The position numbers and the translations under genes were made by a program. A stretch of 64,000 bases of DNA from Octopus vulgaris (taxonomy: Eukaryota). The notes beneath the pieces are model-generated. The model had not been told where the DNA came from. It did no database searches and was given only the letters and a program-made list of their open reading frames with translations. Each line of letters opens with the position of its first letter. Positions within the stretch are counted from its first letter, which is position 1. Of the stretch, positions 12,765 to 24,030 are shown piece by piece. The stretch is from NCBI GenBank assembly GCA_951406725.2, contig OX597823.1, positions 3,906,001-3,970,000 of the forward strand, given 5' to 3'.

Positions 12765-12995
12765 CATCGTTATCATTAAAGTCCACTTTTCCATGATGCT
12801 TGCATGAGTCAGAATTTGTTGGGGCAGATTTTCAATAGTCAGCCACACTTCCTGTCACCAATCCTCACCTGTTTCCAACAAGGTCTTTCAACCATGGCAA
12901 AACATGTTTTCCGTGAAAGACAGGAAATGAACAATATCACCTGCATGATGGTGATACTTGTTTAGAACCATCATGTGATGTCAAGACAAGGTTGG
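12765..12995 (-). mobile_element. RTE-tail-derived short repeat
   Basis: catcgttatcattaaagtccacttttccatg... is related to the RTE 3' end; homologs at 13530-13742, 51935-52122 and 60480-60702. Confidence 0.6.
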
Positions 12996-13019
12996 AAAAA
13001 CACACATATATATACCTTT

Positions 13020-13435
13020 CAATATTTAAGAGATGAGGATTATGTACATTATTTACATTCAACGGATATTTGTCCTCATCTTGTTTGTTGTTAACACAAC
13101 GTTTCAGCTAATATACCCTCCAGCCTTCTTCCCACGCCTTATGCCCACGGGTATATGGCATAGTGGTTAAGAGCATGGGCTACTAACCCCAAGATTCCAA
13201 GTTTGATTCCATGTAGCGACCTGAATAATAGCAGCAGCAGCAGCAACATCAACAACAACAACAACAACAGACGCCGCCGACACCACCATCATCATTGAAA
13301 AATACGTTAGGAATGAGAACCAGGTTCTAAATTTCCCCAAGACACCTGAAGAAGGCTGGAGGGCATATCAGCCGAAACATTGTGTTAACAAACAAGATGA
13401 AGATAAATATCCATCGATTATAAATAATGTACATA
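13020..13435 (+). mobile_element. Short element: inverted arm, tRNA-like head, (AGC/AAC)n, hammerhead-like motif and Penelope-like tail
   Basis: ~13040-13131 is the near reverse complement of ~13348-13433; A box TGGCATAGTGG at 13156; B-box-like GTTTGATTCC at 13201; CTGAAGA...GAAAC core at 13346-13378. Confidence 0.7.
13341..13386 (+). ncRNA. Minimal type-I hammerhead ribozyme-like motif
   Basis: Stem I GACAC/GTGTT; core CTGAAGA(A); stem II GGCTG/CAGCC; GAAAC, then ATT here but GTT in the inverted arm copy. Matches the minimal hammerheads known from Penelope-like elements; activity untested. Confidence 0.6.
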
Positions 13436-14002
13436 TATATATACATATACAAGTTTCCATCTACCAAATCCACCAACAAAGGCTTAGTCAGCCTAAATCT
13501 AAAGTAGGAGACACTTGCCCACCCTTGTGTTGGTATTACATGATGGTTGTAAATGAATATCCCCATCATACAAGCAATGCTGTCCGTTTCTGGTTTTCTG
13601 TGAAAACATGTCTGCCCATGGAGAAATATTACGTCACTTGGAAACAGATTAGAGCTGATGACAAGAAAGGTACCCATACATAGAAAATCTAGCTCAACAA
13701 ATTACATTTAATCCATGCAAGCATGGAAAAGTGAATGTTAAATGGGAACTGCTTAGATTTTCTCAAAACAAAAGACACTGATGTGCATCCTCCAAATCCA
13801 ATACATTAATGGCACAGTGAAGATCCTGTAAAACATTCCAAAGATTCTCTGTCTGAGATTATTTAAATGGATTTATGCACACAGTTGTGTGCATCTACAA
13901 AGGCACATAGGTGAAAAGTAATGATGCACGTGCATGCACACACACACACACACATCTAAACACTAACAAGACATGTTCACAGAAATGCAGGAGCATTAAC
14001 TT

Positions 14003-14789
14003 TGTAGCGGTATCTGATATCCTCACTGTTTGAGAGACACACTTCGAAGTGAGAGCTTCTCTGTGCAAAGGGTGTTCCCTGAGAGAAGTCGAGCCACGTC
14101 CGATCGCTAGAGCCTTTGTTTCTAACTGGGCCTCTGTAGGGGGAAAATGTCCAAGCGGGCCACGAATATGCTGTTGAATCTTGGACCGTTGACACTTGGA
14201 GCAAGTGCGTGTCCAAGTGGTAATAGTGCAACGCATATTTGGCCAGAAAAAACGAGCAGAGATAAGCTTAAGGGTAGCAGCGATGCCAGGATGTGATAAG
14301 GAGTGCAGTGCCTCCGCACTCGAGGGGGAGCCATGTAGTGACGCTACTGTGTAAGTTTCAGCGCACATGCGCAGAATTGGATTACTTCTGGTTGGCCACC
14401 AGAAGATTCCTCATGCGCATGCGCAGGAACTGCAACCTGAAAGCGTGACCACTAAATCAGTCTTTCTGGCAGAGCAGTGCTAGCGATCGGACGTGGCTAG
14501 ACTTCTCTCAGGGAACACCCTATGCACAGAGAAGCTCTCACTTCGAAGCGAGAACGAACACCGTATCTTCTGGGCTCACATGAGTGAATATTGTAAACAG
14601 TCCTGTGGACTCGGCTGCCAGTTTCCTCGCAAGAAATACATATGTATATGTTTTACCTGTGAACCGCAGAATAAACTACTATTTGTTGTTATCGAAGACA
14701 GCCTGGCTTTGGTTCCGTTTCTTCAACTTGTATGTGACAAGATCAGACCAGACACCCCTCCAGTGTTCCTGAACTCTCATCTTGTTACA
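14003..14789. mobile_element. Compact rearranged Ty3/Gypsy-type LTR element
   Basis: TGTA...TACA termini; 4-bp TSD ACTT (13999-14002 and 14790-14793); PPT GAGGGGGAG at 14322 followed by an LTR 14334-14789 with AATAAA at 14670; integrase fragment on the minus strand. Confidence 0.75.
14125..14312 (-). pseudogene. Gypsy integrase N-terminal HHCC zinc-binding domain fragment
   Basis: LHSLSHPGIAATLKLISARFFWPNMRCTITTWTRTCSKCQRSKIQQHIRGPLGHF (H-x3-H...W...C-x2-C). Confidence 0.88.
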
Positions 14790-14899
14790 ACTTTATCACA
14801 TATTTACAAACCCCAGGAACTCTCTTAAATCAATAAATCACTTGAATGCCATTAAGAAGACCTTAAATCTCAAAGAATAACATACATATATAAAGACTA

Positions 14900-15040
14900 T
14901 ATGTACATGTATACATGTACATACTACACACACCTATGTGCATACATGCATACATACATACATACATACATATATACATACATACATACATACATACATA
15001 CATACATACATACATACATACATACATGCATGCATACATA
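14900..15040. repeat. (CATA)n tetranucleotide microsatellite
   Basis: Direct reading of the sequence. Confidence 0.92.
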
Positions 15041-15411
15041 AAAAAATATACATATATACAGGGCCTTTGAGAAATATTTGTATGGTGAAACAAGACATGA
15101 CTGCTTTCAGACCCTGGGGATTTCTTCTCAAAATTCAAAAGGCTGTCTTTTTTTCTTGAGGGAAGAGCCTGTCAGATATTCATGGGCCCTTCCTTAGTTC
15201 TACAGGCCCTGGGGTCTATGTGCCAGCTGCACTGTGTATTTTTCTGATGTGTATGTGTGGTGTGTGTATGTGTGTATACACACACACACAAATACGGGTA
15301 TAATAAGTAACATACAAAATAAACTTTTGATTTATTGAAACTATTTCTGCATCCAAAGAAGGTTGAATACTCGCTTGGAGGCAAATGGCACCAACTGCAA
15401 GTGAGGAAAAA

Positions 15412-15725
15412 TAATCAAGAACCAATAATTCTCCAAAACTGATATGTCATAAAGGAAAAGACTCTTGTCTGAAGAAATGAAGAGAGCTGTGAATATAAGT
15501 TTCTACCTTAATAAGTGTCATCAGCAAAGCAACTGCTTTACCTATGAGACCCTACGACATGCAAAAACAAAACAATAGAACACATTTACAGCCTAAATAA
15601 TTTGCATGGGTTTATGGCATGCCAGGTAAATGTGAACATAAAATTTAGCTTCCTCATTTCTCTTACAGACAAGAGTCTTTTCCTTTATGACATATCAGTT
15701 TTGGAGAATTATTGGTTCTTGATTA
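15412..15725. mobile_element. MITE with perfect ~60-bp terminal inverted repeats
   Basis: TAATCAAGAACCAATAATTCTCCAAAACTGATATGTCATAAAGGAAAAGACTCTTGTCTG at 15412-15471; exact reverse complement at 15666-15725; TA at both ends (possible Tc1/mariner-type TSD). Confidence 0.8.
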
Positions 15726-16454
15726 ACATGGCCAAATAGTAAAGTGCATCATACTTCTGGCTCTAGCCACAAACTACAATAGCAACTCAGCAATAGCCAG
15801 CTTACTGAATATAGCAAAGTCTATCATGTTGAAGGTGAGAAAAGAACTGGAGGCTTCTGGTGAGGGTGGTGTCATCTATGGCCAAAAGAATAAAACTTTC
15901 TCAGTGGTCAGATATTGTCAAGATGCCTGAATGATGCCCAGGGCATAATCAGGAACTTGGTGAGGGCCATAACCAAGCAGCGCAGACATGTTGGACATGA
16001 AGACATCAGGTACAAAACCTGTGTGAGAGGAGAGGACAGTTTATATCCAGAAAGACCTGAGAGAATTGTGTGATCTGAACAAGGTTAAGTAATCTGAGAA
16101 ACCTTTTATGCTCTGGGTTCTCTATGATGTGAAGAACTTCAACCAGGACCAGAGGATGAATTGGAACAATGGCAGTGGTACAACTGAGGAATTACAACTA
16201 TTTTAGGCAGACTGCAAGACCATTCAGAGGCTCCCTCATTGTTTCAAATGTTCAAAGTCAATCTTGGCATTTTTCAATTCAGATTTATAAAACATGGACA
16301 TACACCACTTTTGGTGTTCCCTTCTACTATATGCACCAAATCTTCCCTCACAAAAAAACAAAATACCACTGAGCATTTTGCCTAGTGTGCTAATAATTTT
16401 GCTATCTCATTGCCTTAATAATAATAATAATAATAATAATAATCAAAATCGCTG

Positions 16455-16935
16455 ACATGGCTGATGAAAGTACCACCTGATTGGCACTTGTGCTAGTGCA
16501 ACATTAAAAGCACATTGGAGCATGATCGTTGCCAGGGCCTCGGATTGGCTCCCATGCTGGTGACACGTGAAAAGCACCATTCAAGCATGATCATTGCCAG
16601 TGTTGCCATACCGGTCTATGTGCCAGTGGCACATGAAAAACAATATTCGAGCGTGGTCGTTGCCAGTGCCGCCGGACTGGTTCCCATGCAGGTGGCACAT
16701 TAAAAACACCTTTTGAGCGTGGTCATTGCCAGAACCGCCTGACTGGCCCTTGTACTGGTAGCATGTAAAAGCACCCACTACACTCTCGGAGTGGTTGGCA
16801 TTAGGAAGGGCATCCAGCTGTAGAAACTTTGCCAGATCAGACTGGAGCCTGGTGCAGCCTCCTGGCTTGCCAGTCCTCAGTCAAACCGTCCAACCCATAC
16901 CAGCATGGAAAGTGGACGTTAAGTGATGATGATGA
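16455..16935 (+). mobile_element. RTE 3'-UTR-derived copy with an internal ~60-bp minisatellite
   Basis: aaaagcacccactacactctcggagtggttggcattaggaagggcatccagc...ccaacccataccagcatggaaagtggacgttaagtgatgatg matches the 3' UTR at 9290-9450. Confidence 0.8.
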
Positions 16936-18197
16936 ATAATTTATTCTTATATTATTCACATAAATAAAATTAAATGACATGCGACAACATAAAAGATAAA
17001 AACAGGACGGTACAATGGGTTTTCCACATGTAAACAATATGAATAACAATTAAAAATTAATTTAAAACTCCCAATAGGGGAGGTGTTTTAAGGTCCTAAT
17101 AGAAAAACCCAGAAAAGCCATGGGTACCTGATCGATACGGCAAGAACCCTTCTCTTTTTAATTTCTCACAAGTGTATGCTCAAAATTGGTCCTTTTACAC
17201 TGACCATTCTTCCAACATTCACCCACCTTTCAACAAAGGTACAAAATCACAGATCATTTAAAGAGAGAGAATATATAGTCAACTAGCTCAACCTACTCAA
17301 TTCTTGAGTAGGTTTTCTTTTACTGCTACCCAGGAGTACAAAAAAGACAAAACCGAATTTGGTAAAGATTTGAAATTCAAAAACATAAATAAAGACTGGG
17401 AAATTCAATACTGCAAGGTGTTTTTTCCCATGTTATTATAACAATAATAAGGACTTCTGACTAAGTATCAAATGAAGATCATGATGTGGTTGGCAGTTGG
17501 AGATACTACCAGAAAGGATATTGGCATAATAGCCAAATGATCAAAGATTTGCCACCATTGTTCTGGTGATTGTATGCTAAGGACACTTAAATTAAAGTAG
17601 TCAATCCATCTTATATGAGTAACCGAGACACAATAGAATCATAGACATAAGGTTGATTCAATCATAAGAGACAGAATGTTGTATCATTAATGGAATCCAA
17701 ACTAAAGACCCCTCAGGCTGAAATCAAGCACTTTCTTCACACAGCTACTGTAATCTCTTAGAGCAGATAAGAGGAGACAAGCAAACAAAAATCTTTTAGG
17801 TACTTTTTTACTTCTGAAATAGGTACATCTTTAGATTTATCAAGGGAAAGGTAAAAGTTTATAATTTTCATACTTTTCCCCTGAAGTATTAGCAACATTG
17901 TGTTGTGGCTTCAAACATAGTCAAATAGATAAGGCTTTGCATGTAATGCACCAATATTTTCTATTTTCAAACAACAACATGTGTATTTGTGTGCATGTAT
18001 ATTCATATATATATATATGCATATGTGCGTATGTATGTGTGTGGGTATATTCATATATACCCATATATGCATGCATATATATACATATAGTCAAAATCGT
18101 CCAACCCATGCTAGCATGGAAAGCGGACGTTAAAAGATGATGATGATGATATATATATATAAATATATAGGTATATATTTATGTGTGTTTATGTATA

Positions 18198-18238
<41 letters not shown>

Positions 18239-18980
18239 TTAAATATATATGTATATATACATATGCATGTGTGTATACACATAGATAGATAGATAGATAT
18301 CTGCCTATCTATTTATATAAATATTCTTCATTCACAGAAAAAAGTATACAAAATATACATAAATATTTTCCTCTTCGATTCTGTTCATGATGAGGAATGC
18401 TAAAAACTAGAACAGTCTTTGATGAATAAGAATCGCACAAATTTCTAACTGTTTTAACCTGCCATACTTAGATTTGGAAATAATTATACTTTTCGTTCTT
18501 TTGTGAAACAAAATTCCTTCTCTCAAAGAGCGAAAGGTAATGTTAGGCGCTATAACAATAATGGAAACGGCTTACCTAAGGAATTTGATACTTTTGTAAA
18601 TAAGTCACGTATGTAAAAAGAAAAAAGAAAAGAATTCTACAAGAAAGAAATGGCATAGGGGGCACAAACAAATAAATAAATATATAAAAACATCAAAAAT
18701 AAATATATAGACAAATCAAAACAAAAACAACAAAAACAAACATATAGACAAATCAAAATAACCGAATTCTAGCATTTAGCGACCACGCCTAAAGTAACCA
18801 AATGTTTGAAAGTAACTCAGTCATTTATTACTAGTTTCTTACCGACGGCTGTGTGATGTCATTTAAACTTCAATTTACTAATGTTACATACTAAATTGTG
18901 TGTGTGTGGGCACTACTTCCAATCTGGTTGTATTCATTTAAAACCTGGTCAGACAGATTCACCAAAGACTGACACACACG

Positions 18981-19017
<37 letters not shown>

Positions 19018-19027
19018 CAACAACAAC

Positions 19028-19258
19028 TGCCCATATCCTACATAAATGATGTCTATGTAATCTCAAATTTTAAAACAAACTTAACAATTTTCTTCTGTTT
19101 TCTTAAACATTTTCTAGAACAATACTATGTGCAAAACCAAATATATGACATCCATATATGATACCAGCTTGAACTTCTAACTTGTTGTCTCTTGAGGTCT
19201 CTGGGTGAGACTTGGAGTCAACTTATGCAAATACAAAACAAAAGTCAAATGTATAATA
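19028..19258 (+). mobile_element. R4/Dong-like LINE extreme 3' fragment in (TAA/CAA)n
   Basis: Homologous to 19897-20120 (actgcccatatcctac...gaggtctctgggtgagacttggag). Confidence 0.7.
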
Positions 19259-19259
19259 A

Positions 19260-19673
19260 ATGCCCTGATGCAGTACCAGGTACTGGTTCTCATGGCTTCT
19301 GATCTTAACTGACTGGAAGTGTTATCATGAACATGTTTTGTCTTGATGTAATAGATGGGCTACAGCAAATGTTCTGCTCAAATGAAATTTACTTGTCATT
19401 TGCTTGACCTTAACCAGTTGAACATGTCCCTTATAGGTTGACAATATGTGCATCTCTGATCATGAGCAGAAGTAGTGGGGGAACATCATAGCCATGTCTT
19501 GAGAGGAATTCTTTGGGACTTGCATAATTCACCTTTGGAAACATGGGTGTTTCATTCAACATCCTAAAACAACCCTTATTAAGGGAACTTTTAAGCAGGA
19601 TGAGCTGCTTGACCTGAAGAAAATTCTAATTGGGCCTCATCTGCAAGGTCATGCGCTGTTTATCTTGATATGA
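19260..19673 (+). mobile_element. (TAA)n-associated interspersed repeat C, 3'-truncated
   Basis: Direct homolog of 20152-20570 (atgccctgatgcagtaccagg...gctgtttatcttgatatga). Confidence 0.7.
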
Positions 19674-20120
19674 CTGTCCCAATCGATATAAACGTATCTG
19701 TCAAGACCTACCAAAAACTGAGCAAATATAAAGATCTTGAAATAGAAATTAGCAAAATGTGGAACCTGAAGACTAAAACAATACCTGTTGTCATAGGTGC
19801 CCTGGGAATGATAGTAAAAGGGGCTGATTGCTACCTAGCTCAGATACCAGGAAACCCCAAAATGGCAGAAATTCAAAAGATAGTGCTCATGGGAACTGCT
19901 CATATCCTACGCAAATTACTTTCTATGTAATCTCAAGTTTTAAAACAAACATAATTTTCTTATGGTTTCTTAAACATTCACCAGTACAGCACTAAGTACA
20001 AAACCAAATATATGGCACCCGAGGCATAACACCAACATGAACTTCTAACTTGTCTCTTGAGGTCTCTGGGTGAGACTTGGAGCCAACTTGCTCAAATGTA
20101 AAGCAAAAGTCAAACATATA
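19665..20120 (+). pseudogene. R4/Dong-like non-LTR retrotransposon 3' end (RLE C-terminus and 3' UTR)
   Basis: DMTVPIDINVSVKTYQKLSKYKDLEIEISKMW...IPVVIGALG...IQKIVLMGTAHILRK; followed by (TAA)n, the known Dong-type target. Confidence 0.85.
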
Positions 20121-20151
20121 ATAATAATAATGATGATGATGATGATGATAA

Positions 20152-20790
20152 ATGCTCTGATGCAGTACCAGACAGTGGCTTTCATGGTTTCTGATCTTAA
20201 CTGATTGGAAGTGTAATCATGTACATTGTTTTGTCTTGGTATAAAATATAGGCTACAGCAAATATTCTGCTCAATACCACAGATTTGCTTGCCAGTTGTT
20301 TGACCGTAACCAGTTGAGCATGTCCCTTAGTGGCTGACGATGTGTGCATCTCTGATCATAAGCAGAAGTAGTGGGGGAGCATCATAGCCATGTGTTAAGA
20401 GGGATTCTTTGGGGTTTGAATAATTCACCCCTGGAAACATGGGTGTTTCATTCAACATCCTTAAACAAACCTTATTCAGGGACCTTTGGAGCAGGATGGG
20501 CAACTTCACCAGAAGAAAATTCTAACTGGGCCCCACCTGCAAGGTCATGTGCTGTTTATCTTGATATGAGATCATCATGTCGCGCACATATGGTTGTGAT
20601 GCATGGACCTAGTGTACCCTTATCAGACGGGTAGTCATGATGGGTATACTGGGCTTCGTATATTTTACCCCAGTGTCACTTTGATGGCATGCACTGCTCT
20701 CTCACTCAATAATAATAATAATAAATAATAATAATAATAATAATGATAATAATAATAATAATAGTAATAATAATAATAATAATAATCCTT
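20152..20790 (+). mobile_element. Interspersed repeat C, longer copy, with (TAA)n tail
   Basis: Second copy of 19260-19673, extending to ctctctcactc followed by (AAT)n. Confidence 0.7.
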
Positions 20791-21529
20791 TCTGTTAATA
20801 ATCACAAAGTCAGTAATTGTAGAGCAACCCTAGAATTTTTGACTGATACAATATTTCATTGATCCTGAAGCAGAACTGAAGCAAACTTGCCGAGATTTGA
20901 ACTCAGAATGAAAAGATCCAGAAGAAATATGGCTAAGCATTTTGTTCAACGAGCTAACGATTCTATCAGCTTGCCTCTTTTGGTTTCTCATTTAAGCACA
21001 AGACCACCAATTTCAACAGGAGATGGTTTAGTTAATAATATCAACTCCAGTGTATCACTTGTACCTTATTTTAATAACCCCCACCCCACGAAAGGATAAA
21101 AGGTAAAATTAACTTTAGTAAAATTTTAGTAAAGAGTAAAGATCCATAAAATATTTTTTCTAATACTCTAATGATTCAGCCAGCTCACTGCCTTGATGAT
21201 AACAATGGTTTCAAATTTTGGCAAGAGACTAGTAATTTTGAGGGGAGGGAGTAATTTGATACCATCAACCATAGTACTTTCTCGGTCTTCCTTTAATCTT
21301 TTTGTCATCTTCCAGTGTCTCTATCTGAAAGTGAGACAGAAAGTCTAGAAATGTTGATGGATTTGGGAATTTGGCAGGCTTTGGTTTCAAGTACTTATAT
21401 CTGTGGGATGTATGATGAAACCAAAACAATACAAAGAGATATAGACTTGGATACCCGAAGTGAAACAAATATGCAAATCTATTAAATGTCACTTACACTT
21501 ATTTAAATATCATCATTACAGATTTCTGA

Positions 21530-22062
21530 GGCGGGAAGCTGGCAGAATTGTTAACATACTAGGCCAAAAAACTCTTAGCAGCATTTCATCCGTCTTCACA
21601 TTCTGAGATTATATGCTGCTGAGGTCAGATTTGCCTTTCATCCTTTCAAGGTTGATACAATAATTACCTGTTGAGCACTGGGGTTGAGCACTGGGGTTGA
21701 TGCAATTGACTAGCCCCTCCCCTCAAAATTTCTGGCCTTGTGCCTATATTACAGTGGTTCCCTAAGTAGGCAGTATTGTTCCCCCTTGGGGCGGTGGAAA
21801 GTTCCAAGTTGAAGAAAAATGGGGCAATAATGGGGTAGTGATTCATGTAAAAAGTGGAGCAATAATACATGTAAAAACAAAATAATGGGTTTATTAGATT
21901 AAGTTTTATTTGTGAAATACAGTTGCTTTGAATTTGTTTCAGAAAGAGGCCCATGTTTGTGATGGTTAGTTGGAGTGAGGGCATTCGGAGTGTGGTCAGG
22001 GTGTCAAGGGGGCAGCAGCCTGAAAAAGTTTGGGAACCACTGCTATATTAAAAAGAATTATT
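21530..22062 (+). mobile_element. SINE family B interrupted by a hAT MITE
   Basis: ggcgggaagctggcagaattgttaac...gcctttcatcctttcaaggttgat...ggccttgtgcctatatta[MITE]aaaagaattatta. Confidence 0.7.
21752..22042. mobile_element. hAT (Charlie-like) MITE
   Basis: TIRs CAGTGGTTCCC...GGGAACCACTG; exact 8-bp TSD CTATATTA (21744-21751 and 22043-22050). Confidence 0.88.
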
Positions 22063-22394
22063 AGAGATTTCTTTTTTTAATTGGTGAACAGTCAAACTAA
22101 CATCATAAAGATAAAAGAAAATGGTTCTTATAAAAGAATATATTTGAAAGTAATTGCTAGTTCAAAACTCCTTTTGAGATATATGCCTACAAACATACAC
22201 ATTTACTCACTCCTATATAATGAAAGGTAACCTTGTGACTGTTCTGTAGCATGGCACCTGAGCTTGTCCCTATATCATACTTTAGCCTCTCAACACCTAA
22301 CATACAACCCCCACCTCTCAATCTCTCACGTCACTCAGTTGAGGGGACTTTCCCTTTTTTCTGTTCTTTGTTGTCTTACAAGTTGACTGGCGAA

Positions 22395-22582
22395 TTCACT
22401 AGTACCAGTGACACAAAAGAGTACCCAGTAAACTCTGTAAAACTGTTAGTGTTATGAAGGGCATCCAGCTGCAGAAATTACGCTGATGTTGACATTGGTG
22501 CATGGCACAGCCTTATGGCTTGCCAGATCCTGTCAAACCATCCAACCCATACCAGCATAGAAAACAGACGTTAAATGATGAT
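22395..22582 (+). mobile_element. RTE 3'-end-derived short repeat
   Basis: gaagggcatccagctg...ccaacccataccagcatagaaaacagacgttaaatgatg. Confidence 0.65.
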
Positions 22583-23734
22583 AATATATATACTGTCAAA
22601 ATAACTTCAAATAGTTATGCTTTTCAGCAATTGAAAAAGATATCTGTAATAATGAGATTTAATAAATGACTTTTAAAGTATTTACAAATTTGTTCCCTTA
22701 CTCAGGATACCCAAGCCTGTTTTTGTATTTCCCTCAATTGTTTGGTTTTATGATCAATCTTATATGTATGTTCTTAAAACCAAAGATGTCAGGAATTTTA
22801 TTGGAAATGCATATATGTATAAGTACTAAATGAATAAATATTCAAAAATATTTATATAGATATTATTATTAAAAATGAATAATAACAACGATAATATAGG
22901 TGCCAACAAGCAAAAACCGATAAATGGCAAATCCAAAATTTTATAATCAATAATATTAATATACCAACTTGTTCTTTTTGTATGCACCTGTGATGTGTGT
23001 CACACTTACTTCAAAGAAAGAAATGAGTAGCATAGTGTGAGAGAGTAAGAGAGAAAGAAAGAGAGTGAAAGAGACAGTGAGTGGTGACAGCGTTCCTTTT
23101 GTGTTTTTAAATGGTTATTACATCACAAGAAAAGTAGATACATAGACCAAAGGAAAAGTTGATACATAGATACATACACACATTGTTAAATCAAAGAAAA
23201 AGGTAAAAAAAAAATTGGATGTCACTTTCACTTTTCATTACCACACAAGGATAAGATTAACTCGCAAGTGGCTGAGTACTCCACAGACATGCATACCATT
23301 AATGTAGTTCTCTGGGAGATTCAGCCTCACACAGAATATAACAAGGCTGACCCCTTTCAATTACAGCTACAACTCATTTTGGCCAGTTGAGTGAACTGGA
23401 GAAGATAAACCTTCAAGTTGTTGGAAGAAAACAAAAAAGATTCAACATAGGGGCAGGAAAATCTGTTTAGTCATTAGGGTCACTATGGGTATTAATTTGA
23501 TTCTAACAGTGGCATTTGTGGGTCTCACAGATCTGGAGGACAAGCTCCCAGATAAACACCAACATGCAGACTTTTGTTATCAAACTGAGCGTGAGTCGAG
23601 GGTGAATTCATGATGGAATAGCAATTATTTTGTCTTAGTTTTCACTGCTTATACTGAACACTTGACATTTTTGCCTTACAATATGGAACATTTCCTTTTC
23701 TTTCACTCTTTTTAAAAAAAAATGACAATGAGGT

Positions 23735-24030
23735 TCCTGTTTATCTGATCAATGGAACAGTCTGCTCATAAAATTAACTTGCAAGTGGCTGAATACTCCA
23801 CAGACATGCATACCATAACGTAGTTCTAAGGGAGATTCAGCCTCACACAGAATGTGACAAGGCTGGTCTCTTTGAATTACATCTACAACTCATTTTTGCC
23901 AGCTGAGTGGACTGCAGCAAGGTGAAGTAAAGTAACTTGCTCAAGAACATAGTGCGCCACCAGGCATCGTACTCTTAGCTTTACGATCATGGCCAGAATA
24001 CCCCTAACCACTGAACCACGTACCTTCACT
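23735..24030 (-). mobile_element. tRNA-derived CORE-type SINE family D
   Basis: Minus strand: gtggttcagtggttagggg (A box)...gttcttgagcaagttactttacttcaccttgctgcagtccactcagctggcaaaaatgag (CORE-like). Partial copy at 23255-23400; homologs at 49283-49570 and 56645-56800. Confidence 0.75.

Noticed and set aside
13150-13225. Functional tRNA gene
   Set aside because: Only A/B boxes are evident; the cloverleaf is incomplete and the B box is mutated, consistent with a SINE-type head. The same applies to SINE families A, B and D.
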